DNA of 32,000 nucleotides from Bacteroidia bacterium (GTDB lineage: Bacteria; Bacteroidota; Bacteroidia; UKL13-3). This document shows positions 7,926 to 17,357 of this stretch, piece after piece; the first letter of the stretch is position 1, and the number at the start of each line of letters is the position of its first letter. A model generated the notes under the pieces. That model was not told where the DNA came from. It did no database searches and saw nothing but the letters and a program-made list of their open reading frames with translations. Made by a program: the position numbers and the translations under genes. Location: the NCBI GenBank assembly GCA_020049855.1, contig JAGVLJ010000057.1, positions 306 to 32,305 of the forward strand, in the 5' to 3' direction.

Positions 7926-9758
7926 TTGACACAAAAACAAAACACACAAACTAGTGCTCCCGATTCGGATTTCGATTGGAGCATGGACAAAGAAGGCTTC
8001 TCTACTTACTCAAGTGATGAACGTGAAAAGTTCTCAAATCTCTATGAAAAAACCTTGAACACCATCGTTGAACGGGAAATTGTAAAAGGTGTAGTAGTTG
8101 GTAAAACCGACAAAGAAGTAGTATTAAACATTGGTTTTAAATCTGACGGGTTAATTCCTCTTTCGGAATTTCGTGACATTTCAGAGGTAAAACTCGGAAT
8201 GGAAGTGGAAGTGCTTATTGAAACAACTGAGGATAAAAATGGCCAGTTGGTTCTGTCACGCAAAAAAGCCATTGGCGAAAGAGCATGGGAAAACATTGTG
8301 AAAGCACAGGAAAATGATGAAATCGTGACTGGTTTTGTTAAATCAAGAACAAAAGGTGGATTGGTAGTAGATGTGATGGGCATTGATGCATTTTTGCCCG
8401 GTTCACAAATTGATACCAAACCTATCCGTGATTACGACATTTTTGTAGGACAGAACATGCAGTTTAAAGTGGTTAAAATTAATCATGTGTTCAAAAATGT
8501 AGTGATCTCTCATAAAGTATTAATTGAAGAGGATCTGGAAGCTCAAAAATCAGACATTTTATCGAAACTCGAAAAAGGTCAGGTACTGGAAGGTACAGTT
8601 AAAAACATGACCTCTTTTGGTGTGTTTATCGACCTTGGAGGACTGGATGGATTACTTCATATCACCGATATCAGTTGGGGGCGTATCAATCATCCTGAAG
8701 AAGTACTTAAACTTGATCAGAAGATCAATGTGGTGGTGCTTGATTTTGACGATGAGAAAAAACGTATCTCGTTAGGTTTAAAACAACTTACAGCACATCC
8801 ATGGGATACGCTGGCAGAAACAATAAAAGTTGGAGAAAGAGTAAAAGGTAAAATTGTTACAGTTGCTGATTACGGTGCATTCCTTGAAATAGCTCCGGGT
8901 ATAGAAGGGTTAATTCACGTATCAGAAATGAGTTGGAGTCAGCACCTGCGCAACCCACAAGACTTCCTTAAAGTAGGTGACGAAATAGAAGCTGTAATTC
9001 TGACATTAGATAAAGATGAGCGTAAAATGTCACTGGGAATTAAACAACTTACTCCTGATCCGTGGGGTAGAATAGCAGATAAATATGCGGTAGGCACCAA
9101 GCATAAAGGAGTTGTTCGAAATCTTACCAACTACGGCTTATTTGTAGAATTAGAAGCTGGAGTTGACGGACTTGTACACGTATCAGACCTTAGTTGGACT
9201 AAGAAAATTAAGCATCCTGCCGAATTTGTGAAGAAAGATCAGGAACTAGATGTAGTGGTACTTGAAGTAGATACTGAAAACAGACGGTTGAGCCTAGGCC
9301 ATAAACAAATGGACGAAAATCCATGGGATACTTTTGAAACCATTTTCACTACCGGCTCGATACACCCTGGAACAGTCTTGAAAATTGAAGATAAATCAGC
9401 TACTATTGCTCTTCAATATGGTGTTGAAGGTTACGCGCCTGTAAAACAACTGCAGAAATCTGATAACACTATCGCTAAAGAAGATGAGAACATTGATCTG
9501 GTGGTTACCGAATTCAACAAGGAGAACCGCAGAATAGTACTTTCACACACTGCTCTTTGGAAAGAAGCTGAAAAAACTAAGATGGCAGAAGCTGAAACCG
9601 CTCGCAAAAACGAAGAGAAAAAGGCTTCTAAAACTGCTAAGAAAATATCTTCGTCCAATGAGAAGTCAACCTTTGCCGAAATTGACGCGCTTAGCGAGTT
9701 GAAATCTAAAATGGAAGGCAATACCGTTGCTGAAAACAACGAAGGGGAAAATCAATAA
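7926..9758 (+). CDS. rpsA: 30S ribosomal protein S1
   Basis: 610 aa with six S1/OB repeats (G.V.....FG.F..L....GL.H.S). The N-terminal DFDW motif, seen in Bacteroidota S1, lies upstream of the first ATG. TTG 7926 is the only start candidate after the in-frame stop at 7905-7907. Confidence 0.95.
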   Translation: MTQKQNTQTSAPDSDFDWSMDKEGFSTYSSDEREKFSNLYEKTLNTIVEREIVKGVVVGKTDKEVVLNIGFKSDGLIPLSEFRDISEVKLGMEVEVLIETTEDKNGQLVLSRKKAIGERAWENIVKAQENDEIVTGFVKSRTKGGLVVDVMGIDAFLPGSQIDTKPIRDYDIFVGQNMQFKVVKINHVFKNVVISHKVLIEEDLEAQKSDILSKLEKGQVLEGTVKNMTSFGVFIDLGGLDGLLHITDISWGRINHPEEVLKLDQKINVVVLDFDDEKKRISLGLKQLTAHPWDTLAETIKVGERVKGKIVTVADYGAFLEIAPGIEGLIHVSEMSWSQHLRNPQDFLKVGDEIEAVILTLDKDERKMSLGIKQLTPDPWGRIADKYAVGTKHKGVVRNLTNYGLFVELEAGVDGLVHVSDLSWTKKIKHPAEFVKKDQELDVVVLEVDTENRRLSLGHKQMDENPWDTFETIFTTGSIHPGTVLKIEDKSATIALQYGVEGYAPVKQLQKSDNTIAKEDENIDLVVTEFNKENRRIVLSHTALWKEAEKTKMAEAETARKNEEKKASKTAKKISSSNEKSTFAEIDALSELKSKMEGNTVAENNEGENQ

Positions 9759-9783
9759 ATGAGAAACTTCCTCTTCATATCAC

Positions 9784-9816
9784 AAAAAAAATCCCGCTTC
9801 GGTGGGATTTTTTTTT
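9784..9816. terminator. Rho-independent terminator, bidirectional type, after rpsA
   Basis: A-run, then stem ATCCCGC / GTGGGAT (one G-U pair) with a TTCG loop, then a run of 9 T. Confidence 0.75.
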
Positions 9817-9848
9817 GCAGTTTAAGGGGTTATTTAAATATTTGAAGT

Positions 9849-10259
9849 ATGAATTATTGGCTGATTAAATCCGAACCTTTTAAATACTCATGGGAAATGT
9901 TTGAGAAAGATAAAAAAACTGTTTGGGATGGTGTTCGCAACTATCAGGCGCGAAACAACCTGAGAGGAATGAAAAAAGGAGACTTGGCATTATGGTATCA
10001 CAGTAATGAGGGGAAAGAAATTGTGGGCATTGCCAGAGTTGTAAAAGAATATTATCAAGACCCTACTACAACCGATTCCAATTGGGTAGCAGTTGACTTC
10101 GCTCCTCTTAAAAAACTGAGGAAATCTGTTACACTTGAGCAGATAAAGGCTGATAAACGGTTGCAAAATATTGCTTTGGTGAAGCAAGTGCGACTTTCGG
10201 TAGTAGCCATAAAACCGAAAGAATTTGATGTGCTACTGGAGATCTCTGAACGAAAATAA
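9849..10259 (+). CDS. EVE (PUA-like) domain protein
   Basis: 136 aa. MNYWLIKSEP...WDGVRNYQARN.L..MK.GD....YHS......IVGIA.V is the EVE/DUF55 signature. Confidence 0.8.
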   Translation: MNYWLIKSEPFKYSWEMFEKDKKTVWDGVRNYQARNNLRGMKKGDLALWYHSNEGKEIVGIARVVKEYYQDPTTTDSNWVAVDFAPLKKLRKSVTLEQIKADKRLQNIALVKQVRLSVVAIKPKEFDVLLEISERK

Positions 10260-10260
10260 C

Positions 10261-10812
10261 ATGAAAGAAAAACTGCTTCTTGATCAAGAAAGACTTTCGA
10301 TTATTATCGACAGGCTTTGCCATCAATTAATCGAAAACCACAACGGGTTTAATGACACAGCCATTGTAGGACTACAACCGCGTGGTGTATTGCTTTCGCG
10401 CAGAATTAATCAGCGGATGAAAGAAATAACCGGTAACGAAAACCTTCTTTACGGAGAACTGGATATTACCTTTTACCGTGACGATTTCAGGAGAAGAGAA
10501 TCGGTATTGATACCTAACGAGCAAAAAATAGATTTCATCATAGAAAACAAAAATGTAATTTTAATTGATGATGTACTTTTTACCGGACGCACCATTAGGG
10601 CAGCCATGGATGCCCTCACCGCTTTCGGTCGCCCATCCTCAGTTGAACTGATGGTGCTGATTGACCGAAGGTACAGCAGGGAATTGCCAATTGAAGCCAC
10701 TTATGTAGGATATGTGGTTGACTCGCGTAATAATGACAAAGTGATAGTTGACTTGAAACAAGCAGGAACTAAAGATTCAGTTTGGTTAATAACGAATACC
10801 GAAAATAAATGA
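10261..10812 (+). CDS. pyrR: PyrR: pyrimidine operon regulator / uracil phosphoribosyltransferase
   Basis: I start at ATG 10261 (MKEKLLL), 1 nt after the EVE stop, not at the track start 10225. PRPP-binding loop VILIDDVLFTGRTIRAAMDAL and RELPI.A.YVG. Confidence 0.85.
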   Translation: MKEKLLLDQERLSIIIDRLCHQLIENHNGFNDTAIVGLQPRGVLLSRRINQRMKEITGNENLLYGELDITFYRDDFRRRESVLIPNEQKIDFIIENKNVILIDDVLFTGRTIRAAMDALTAFGRPSSVELMVLIDRRYSRELPIEATYVGYVVDSRNNDKVIVDLKQAGTKDSVWLITNTENK

Positions 10813-11732
10813 GCAAATTAAGCACACGACACCTGATTGGAATCAAAGATTTAACGGTTGAAGATATTCAACAGATTTTTGAGACCACTGATAATTTTAA
10901 AGCAGTAATTAACCGCCCTATTAAAAAAGTTCCTTCACTCAGAGATATCACCATTGCCAACATCTTCTTTGAAAATTCAACCCGTACGCGCATTTCGTTT
11001 GAATTGGCCGAGAAACGACTTTCTGCCGATACCATCAACTTCGCCTCCTCCTCCTCGTCCGTATCGAAAGGCGAAACGCTTATTGATACGGTAAACAATA
11101 TTTTGAGCATGAAAGTAGATATGGTAGTCATGCGGCATCCATCTCCGGGAGCCTGTAAGTTTTTAGCCAAACATATAAACGCACAGATAGTGAACGCAGG
11201 TGATGGTACACATGAGCACCCTACCCAAGCCCTTCTTGATGCCTATTCAATAAGAGAGAAGCATGGAGATGTAAGAGGAAAAAAAATAGTGATTGTTGGA
11301 GATATTCTGCACTCTCGTGTAGCCCTTTCAAATATATTTTGCCTCCAAAAATTGGGAGCCAAAGTAATGGTGTGCGGCCCCACAACCCTTATCCCTAAGC
11401 ATATTAATGAACTTGATGTTTTAGTAGAGCATAACCTGCGTAAAGCCCTTGAATGGTGCGATGTAGCTAATATGTTGCGCATTCAACTGGAGCGACAGGA
11501 TATAAAATATTTTCCAAGCCTAAGGGAATACTCTATGCTCTATGGATTAGACAGAGCCATGCTTCATTCTCTTCCTAAAAAAATAACCATCATGCACCCC
11601 GGCCCCATTAATCGCGGGGTGGAGATTACCAGTGAGGTAGCGGACTCCGATCAATCCATCATTTTACAGCAAGTAGAAAACGGTGTAGCTATTCGTATGG
11701 CGGTATTGTATCTGCTGGCAGCACAAGGCTAA
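10809..11732 (+). CDS. pyrB: Aspartate carbamoyltransferase catalytic subunit
   Basis: 307 aa. Motifs STRTR.SFE, HPTQ and HPGP. ATGA overlap with pyrR. Confidence 0.95.
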   Translation: MSKLSTRHLIGIKDLTVEDIQQIFETTDNFKAVINRPIKKVPSLRDITIANIFFENSTRTRISFELAEKRLSADTINFASSSSSVSKGETLIDTVNNILSMKVDMVVMRHPSPGACKFLAKHINAQIVNAGDGTHEHPTQALLDAYSIREKHGDVRGKKIVIVGDILHSRVALSNIFCLQKLGAKVMVCGPTTLIPKHINELDVLVEHNLRKALEWCDVANMLRIQLERQDIKYFPSLREYSMLYGLDRAMLHSLPKKITIMHPGPINRGVEITSEVADSDQSIILQQVENGVAIRMAVLYLLAAQG

Positions 11733-11736
11733 AAGC

Positions 11737-13176
11737 ATGCTATCCATAGTTGCTCGTAAGTGGTTTCCTTATCTGGTTGTTTCATTTTTTTTCATTAGTC
11801 AAATTCCATTTTTGCATGCCGATGCCGACCTATACTTATCACATAGCCGTGGAGCCTGGACAGATGAAGGCTTGTACACTCTACAACTGCGAAACTGGTT
11901 AAATACCGGTAATTGGAATCTGCAAGAAACTGATGCTTTTTTGCGGGCACCCTTGTTTAATGCCATACTTCTTCCATCCTTTTTAATAATTGGAACTAAT
12001 TGGCTATGTGCACGTATTACCATCTTGCTACTGGTAATTGTTACCTGCCTAATTATAATAAGGTTGAACGTGTTCAAACCTGTTACGGGAATGGTTTTAC
12101 TGGCTTTATTGTTTAATCCGGTTGTATTTCATTACAGCCATTTAGCTATGACCGAAATTCCGGCTACCTGCTTTTTGCTTGTGGCATTAACCTTTTTCTA
12201 TCGCAGCTTTCAAACAAAAAAAGTATCCGATGCGGTATTAGCCAACGTAGTCATTGGGGTGACTGTGTTTATTAAAATCTCGTTTGTGTACACAGCGGCT
12301 ATCTTACCTTTTACCACCGCCATTCTTTTTCTTACTACAAAAAATTCAGAAAAAAAGCATTTCCAAAAACAGTGCTTAATTTCCATTTTCACGGCAATAG
12401 GCATTGGTCTATTATTTTATGCGGTGTGGTATCTTCCAAATAAAACATATTTAACAAAAATAGCAGCTATTCAAAGCGAATTGAAGTTTGACAATAACCT
12501 ACACGATTTATGGAAGCGAATTAAATTTACTCATACGTTATACAGGGATGATCCATTTATGGGATACAGTGTTTACCTCTTCTACCTAAACATTTGGTTA
12601 GTAGTAATGATGCTTTGGAAAAGAAAAAAAATAATCGAACAGCCTCTCCTCCTCTTCTGCTTAATCTGGCTGGGATTAGAATTGTTAAAATTCATCAACG
12701 TGTACTTACCCAGTCGGTATCTCATAAGCACTGCCATGGTAAATATGATCCTATTTTTTGTATTGCTTAATGAACTAAAGTTCTCACAAATACTTCCGGT
12801 AGCCTCGCTTTTACTTTTTGGAATCGGATTTAGCATGGTTACACTATCCTTTACCAAACGTACTTTTCAAATTAAAGAAGCCAATAAGTACTTTGAGCAA
12901 ACCCTTAAACAAAATCACACATCGGCAGTGGGTAATTGGACATCAGTTTGTTGCTGGAACAGTAAAGTATACAGCCGCTATTGTGTAAAAGATTACGGCA
13001 ATCAGCAGGAATTACTACGGAAGCCTATCGTTCAGTTAATTCTTACCGAAACGGATGAAGGAGAATCTGACGGGGCATTTGCCGCAATCGGATATAATTT
13101 AAAAGCCCATGCCGACTCTGTAGTTACTTTTAAAATTGCCAATTGGCAATTAAACGGGTATTGGATTAGTCACTAA
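11737..13176 (+). CDS. Polytopic membrane protein, probable GT-C fold (ArnT/PMT-like) glycosyltransferase
   Basis: 479 aa with about 10-12 hydrophobic segments. A DE..Y-type motif (WTDEGLY) sits in the first extracytoplasmic loop, as in GT39/GT83 enzymes. There is a soluble C-terminal ~100 aa. Confidence 0.5.
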   Translation: MLSIVARKWFPYLVVSFFFISQIPFLHADADLYLSHSRGAWTDEGLYTLQLRNWLNTGNWNLQETDAFLRAPLFNAILLPSFLIIGTNWLCARITILLLVIVTCLIIIRLNVFKPVTGMVLLALLFNPVVFHYSHLAMTEIPATCFLLVALTFFYRSFQTKKVSDAVLANVVIGVTVFIKISFVYTAAILPFTTAILFLTTKNSEKKHFQKQCLISIFTAIGIGLLFYAVWYLPNKTYLTKIAAIQSELKFDNNLHDLWKRIKFTHTLYRDDPFMGYSVYLFYLNIWLVVMMLWKRKKIIEQPLLLFCLIWLGLELLKFINVYLPSRYLISTAMVNMILFFVLLNELKFSQILPVASLLLFGIGFSMVTLSFTKRTFQIKEANKYFEQTLKQNHTSAVGNWTSVCCWNSKVYSRYCVKDYGNQQELLRKPIVQLILTETDEGESDGAFAAIGYNLKAHADSVVTFKIANWQLNGYWISH

Positions 13177-13204
13177 GTGTTGCATTTCTTATCTTCGCGC
13201 CAGC

Positions 13205-14212
13205 ATGAATCAATCACAAGAAATAGTTGTTAGCGGAATACGCCCTACAGGAAATTTGCATTTGGGTAATTACCTAGGTGCGGTTAAAAATTTTGTGCAG
13301 ATGCAGCACGAGTTCAAGTGCTTTTTTTTTATTGCCGATTACCATTCCCTTACAACTCATCCCAAGCCAGCCGATTTACAGAACAGTGTGAAACAGGTGC
13401 TGGCAGAATACCTGGCCTGCGGTATTGATCCGAATGTCTGTACTATTTACTATCAAAGTGATTTGCCGGAAATACCCGAGCTGTACCTGTTGCTGAACAT
13501 GCATGCCTATAAGGGAGAACTGGAACGTGTAGCTTCCTTTAAGGAAAAAGTGCGTACGCAACCAAATAATATCAATGTCGGCCTGCTTACCTATCCGGTG
13601 CTAATGGCAGCCGATATCATCATTCATAAGGCAATTAAAGTGCCTGTTGGAAAAGATCAGGAGCAACACTTGGAAATGGCTCGCACTTTTGGTAACCGGT
13701 TTAACCGCATCTATGAGAAAGAAATTTTTATAGAACCAGTTGCCTTTAATTATGGTAACCAGTTAATAAAGGTTCCAGGGTTGCAGGGAGGCGGAAAGAT
13801 GAGCAAAAGTGACGGAGATAATAATGTTATTAACCTGATAGATACTCCGGAACTGATCAGGAAAAAAATATTAAGGGCTGTTACAGATACAGGCCCAACC
13901 GAACCCAACAGCATACCCACCGCTCCAGTTCAAAACCTATTCGATTTAATGCAAATGGTTTCTGCACCTAACACGTTTGAGCATTTTACAAAGGTCTATG
14001 CCGATTGCAGTATCAGGTACGGGGATTTGAAAAAACAACTGGCTGAAGACATGGTAAGCTTTTTAATCCCGGTAAGAGAAAAAATTGCAGCCATCAGGGC
14101 TGATGAGCCTTATTTAGCTCGTGTAGCCCGTGAAGGGGCTGAGAAAGCGAGGGTAAGCGCAAAAACTACCATGGATGAGGTTAGGGGAGCCATCGGCTTC
14201 CGTAAGTTTTAA
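13205..14212 (+). CDS. trpS: Tryptophan--tRNA ligase
   Basis: 335 aa. HIGH-type PTGNLHLGNY and the KMSKS motif. Class Ic layout. Confidence 0.95.
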   Translation: MNQSQEIVVSGIRPTGNLHLGNYLGAVKNFVQMQHEFKCFFFIADYHSLTTHPKPADLQNSVKQVLAEYLACGIDPNVCTIYYQSDLPEIPELYLLLNMHAYKGELERVASFKEKVRTQPNNINVGLLTYPVLMAADIIIHKAIKVPVGKDQEQHLEMARTFGNRFNRIYEKEIFIEPVAFNYGNQLIKVPGLQGGGKMSKSDGDNNVINLIDTPELIRKKILRAVTDTGPTEPNSIPTAPVQNLFDLMQMVSAPNTFEHFTKVYADCSIRYGDLKKQLAEDMVSFLIPVREKIAAIRADEPYLARVAREGAEKARVSAKTTMDEVRGAIGFRKF

Positions 14213-14278
14213 CAGGTATTTATACACAATTAGTATTGAAAATTTTATAATTTCAGTTCAATCAATTTTATTTGTTAC

Positions 14279-14893
14279 ATGCACATAGCCATAGCTGGTA
14301 ATATAGGTTCCGGAAAGACTACCTTAACCTCACTTTTAGCCAAACATTACGGATGGGAGCCCCATTATGAAGATGTAGAAGACAATCCATACATCAGCGA
14401 CTTTTACGAAGAAATGCAGCGCTGGTCGTTCAACCTGCAGATTTATTTTCTGAACAGCCGTTTCAATACCATCATGAAAATTCGGGAGGGAAAAAAAACG
14501 GTAATTCAGGATCGTACCATTTACGAAGATGCCTTTATTTTTGCCCCCAACCTGCATGCCATGGGATTAATGAGCACCCGTGATTTTGATAACTACTCGC
14601 GCCTGTTTGAATTACTCAATAAATTTATTAAAGGTCCGGATTTATTAATTTACCTGCGTGCTTCCATTCCTACCCTTGTAAATAATATTCAAAAACGCGG
14701 TCGCGACTACGAGGATTCCATAAGACTCGATTACCTGCGTAGATTGAATGAACGCTACGAAGCATGGATTTCTACTTATAAAAAAGGAAAGTTGCTTATT
14801 ATTGATATTGATAACCTAAACTATGCCGATAAGCCAGAGGATTTAGGAGTTGTGATCAATAAAATAGAAACCGAAATCAATGGTCTTTTCTGA
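14279..14893 (+). CDS. Deoxynucleoside kinase
   Basis: 204 aa. P-loop GNIGSGKTT, NPY...FY, LQIYFL..R and an RGR.YE lid motif. Confidence 0.85.
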   Translation: MHIAIAGNIGSGKTTLTSLLAKHYGWEPHYEDVEDNPYISDFYEEMQRWSFNLQIYFLNSRFNTIMKIREGKKTVIQDRTIYEDAFIFAPNLHAMGLMSTRDFDNYSRLFELLNKFIKGPDLLIYLRASIPTLVNNIQKRGRDYEDSIRLDYLRRLNERYEAWISTYKKGKLLIIDIDNLNYADKPEDLGVVINKIETEINGLF

Positions 14894-15383
14894 TCAAATA
14901 CGAATCAGAAAAGTGCAGGAAACCGATTTACCCGCCATTACAGATATTTACAATGACGCCATAAGACATACAACTGCTACGTTTGATACCGAACAAAAAA
15001 CACTGGATAACCGAAAGCAATGGCTTGAGCAGCATTCACAAAAATATCCGGTAGTTGTGGCAGCTTTAAATGAAAAAGTAATTGGCTGGGCTTCTCTGTC
15101 CAAATGGAGCGAACGTGCTGCGTATGACGATACTGCTGAAATTTCAGTGTATATCCATCCTGACTTTCGGGGTAAGGGAATTGGCCGACAATTAATGCAA
15201 CAAGTGCTTCATGATGGGAAAAAAGGTGGATTACACACAGTACTCTCACGCATAACTCAGGGCAATGAAATAAGCATTCATTTGCATAAAGAAATGGGAT
15301 TTAAAATCGTAGGCACTTTGAAACAGGTAGGCAAAAAATTTGGACAATTGCTTGATGTGACCATGATGCAAAAAATGTACTGA
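14880..15383 (+). CDS. GNAT N-acetyltransferase, phosphinothricin/methionine-sulfoximine acetyltransferase-like
   Basis: 167 aa. IRKVQETDLPAITDIYNDAI..TTATFD and the acetyl-CoA loop RGKGIGRQL. Overlaps the kinase gene by 14 nt. Confidence 0.8.
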   Translation: MVFSDQIRIRKVQETDLPAITDIYNDAIRHTTATFDTEQKTLDNRKQWLEQHSQKYPVVVAALNEKVIGWASLSKWSERAAYDDTAEISVYIHPDFRGKGIGRQLMQQVLHDGKKGGLHTVLSRITQGNEISIHLHKEMGFKIVGTLKQVGKKFGQLLDVTMMQKMY

Positions 15384-15774
15384 GGTTGGAGTATTGTCAC
15401 ACTTATTCCAGATTCTACCACCGTCCAGACAATTATACTTGGTTGAAATCGTTCTCTTCAAATCACGAAAAATTTTTACCCTTCGTTAAACCAAAATCAC
15501 GCATTCGAGAATTGGACGGGGAATTTATGTCATAATCCCACAATCCACCGAACATATGTCTTCGTTTTTTGTGTAAGGCAGAATATTGGGGACGAAACGC
15601 CCTTTTGCTTTGGTAAAATTGGCTCCGATAGCAATTATACAATACTAAGGGTAGTAAGTTTTCGCTGTGTTTTTTCGTGTAACATAAACATTTTTAAAAT
15701 AGACATTAGGTTGTAAGCAATCATCACCGCTACCCAACAACGACAGCACATTAGGTAATGCCAACTATTGCACC

Positions 15775-15782
15775 TATCTTTG
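15775..15782 (+). promoter_or_regulatory. Candidate -7 box (TAtcTTTG) for the helicase gene
   Basis: TATCTTTG matches TAnnTTTG. It would give a 5' UTR of about 155 nt before ATG 15945. Confidence 0.25.
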
Positions 15783-15944
15783 CTCCGCTAACGTGCCAAC
15801 CGTTATTTAATAAAAACCGAAAGGCACAATCAGTGCAGCAGTTCGTTAACCCATTCTTCTGCCGGTTTATAGCAAAAAAATTAGTAGTATTCACACAGCT
15901 CGCCAAACAAAACTACGCGTGCTGCAAAACACATTTTTGTTCTC

Positions 15945-17258
15945 ATGACATTTGATCAGTTACATTTAATTAAACCCATTCTGGATGCCTTGCATACCGA
16001 AGGGTACACCACACCCACTCCCATTCAGCAACAGGCAATTCCCGTTTTACTGGATGGGAAAGATTTATTGGGTTGCGCACAAACCGGCACCGGTAAAACA
16101 GCAGCTTTTGCCATTCCAATATTGCAATTAATGCACAAAAACAGGCTCGAAGGCAAAGAGCAAAACAAACGCTACATTCGCGCCCTTGTACTTACGCCTA
16201 CCCGTGAGTTAGCCATACAAATTGAAGAAAGTTTTAGTGCCTATGGCCGTCATTGTGGTTTCCGCCACCTTACTGTATTTGGTGGAGTTTCGCAAAAGCC
16301 ACAAACCGATGCGTTACAAAGGGGGATTGATATCCTTGTAGCTACTCCTGGTCGTTTGCTCGACTTGATGGATCAGGGTTATATCAACCTAAAGCATATT
16401 GAGTTTTTTGTATTAGACGAAGCGGACCGGATGCTGGATATGGGATTTGTGCATGATGTAAAAAAGATCATTGCTAAATTACCTCAACATCGCCAGTCAC
16501 TGTTTTTCTCAGCTACCATGCCAAAAGAAATTGTATCATTATCTAATTCTATTCTGAAAAATCCGGTAAAAGTGGAAGTAACCCCTCCTTCCTCAACGGT
16601 AGATAAAATAGACCAGTTTCTTTATTTTGTTGGCCGAAAAGACAAACGTTTACTGCTGGCTGACATTTTACAGGACAAAAACATAAAAACGGCTTTGGTT
16701 TTTACCCGTACCAAACACGGAGCAGATAAAGTAACATACGATTTGCACAAAAAGGGAATTAAGTCGGCTGCCATCCACGGAAACAAATCACAAAATGCAA
16801 GGCAAAATGCCCTCAGCCAGTTTAAAGAAGGAAAAATACGCGTGTTGGTGGCAACCGATATTGCTGCCCGCGGTATTGACGTAGATAATCTGGGGCACGT
16901 GTTTAATTTCGACTTGCCCAATATTGCTGAAACATACGTGCATCGTATTGGCCGTACAGCACGTGCCGGTGCCAGCGGAACAGCTATTTCTTTTTGTGAT
17001 GAAGAGGAAAAAGAATACCTATATGATATTCAAAAACTCATTGGTAAAAAAATTGACATAGTAGAAGAACATAATTATCCATTAAGCAAATACGTTGAAA
17101 CCTCTCCTCCATCAGGCGACAAACAGCAGCAACGGCAGCGTAAAAGCAATGGTCAGTCGCGAGGTGGACATGGTCAGTCCCGAACTTCTCAGGCAGGCAT
17201 AGCAGGTAACCGTTCGGGGAAAAAGTTTTTTGGCAAGCCTAAATTAGGTTCAAAGTAA
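15945..17258 (+). CDS. DEAD-box ATP-dependent RNA helicase (RhlE-like) with a basic Gly/Arg/Gln-rich tail
   Basis: 437 aa. Q motif GYTTPTPIQ, then [21 protein letters not shown] and [11 protein letters not shown]-terminal tail [20 protein letters not shown]. Confidence 0.9.
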   Translation: MTFDQLHLIKPILDALHTEGYTTPTPIQQQAIPVLLDGKDLLGCAQTGTGKTAAFAIPILQLMHKNRLEGKEQNKRYIRALVLTPTRELAIQIEESFSAYGRHCGFRHLTVFGGVSQKPQTDALQRGIDILVATPGRLLDLMDQGYINLKHIEFFVLDEADRMLDMGFVHDVKKIIAKLPQHRQSLFFSATMPKEIVSLSNSILKNPVKVEVTPPSSTVDKIDQFLYFVGRKDKRLLLADILQDKNIKTALVFTRTKHGADKVTYDLHKKGIKSAAIHGNKSQNARQNALSQFKEGKIRVLVATDIAARGIDVDNLGHVFNFDLPNIAETYVHRIGRTARAGASGTAISFCDEEEKEYLYDIQKLIGKKIDIVEEHNYPLSKYVETSPPSGDKQQQRQRKSNGQSRGGHGQSRTSQAGIAGNRSGKKFFGKPKLGSK

Positions 17259-17357
17259 GCGTTTAATAGATTTCCATTTTGCTTTTATCGTATTTCTATG
17301 TCAATATTGGAATATTTTGAGGAATGCCTCGTATTTTCCCTTCACTTTTGAAAGTGT

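Noticed and set aside
9759-9848. Search for a PyrR-binding anti-antiterminator (UCCAGAGAGG-type loop) upstream of the EVE-pyrR-pyrB unit.
   Set aside because: No such motif is present. The only strong structure is the rpsA terminator itself.
15588-15606. GGG(a)CG-AAA-CGCCC hairpin followed by TTTT, considered as a terminator for the GNAT gene.
   Set aside because: It has only 5 bp with a bulge, a 3-nt loop and a short T-run, and it lies about 200 nt past the stop codon. That is too weak to call.
15758-15955. 65-aa Cys-rich ORF overlapping the helicase start, considered as a possible upstream ORF or leader peptide.
   Set aside because: The best promoter-like -7 box (15775-15782) lies inside it. 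Its composition looks non-coding and it has no signal or motif. I mention it only within the long-leader finding.
17101-17258. Near-repeat GGTCAGTCGCGA / GGTCAGTCCCGA in the helicase 3' end.
   Set aside because: It simply encodes the low-complexity [11 protein letters not shown] basic tail common in DEAD-box helicases. It is not a repeat element.
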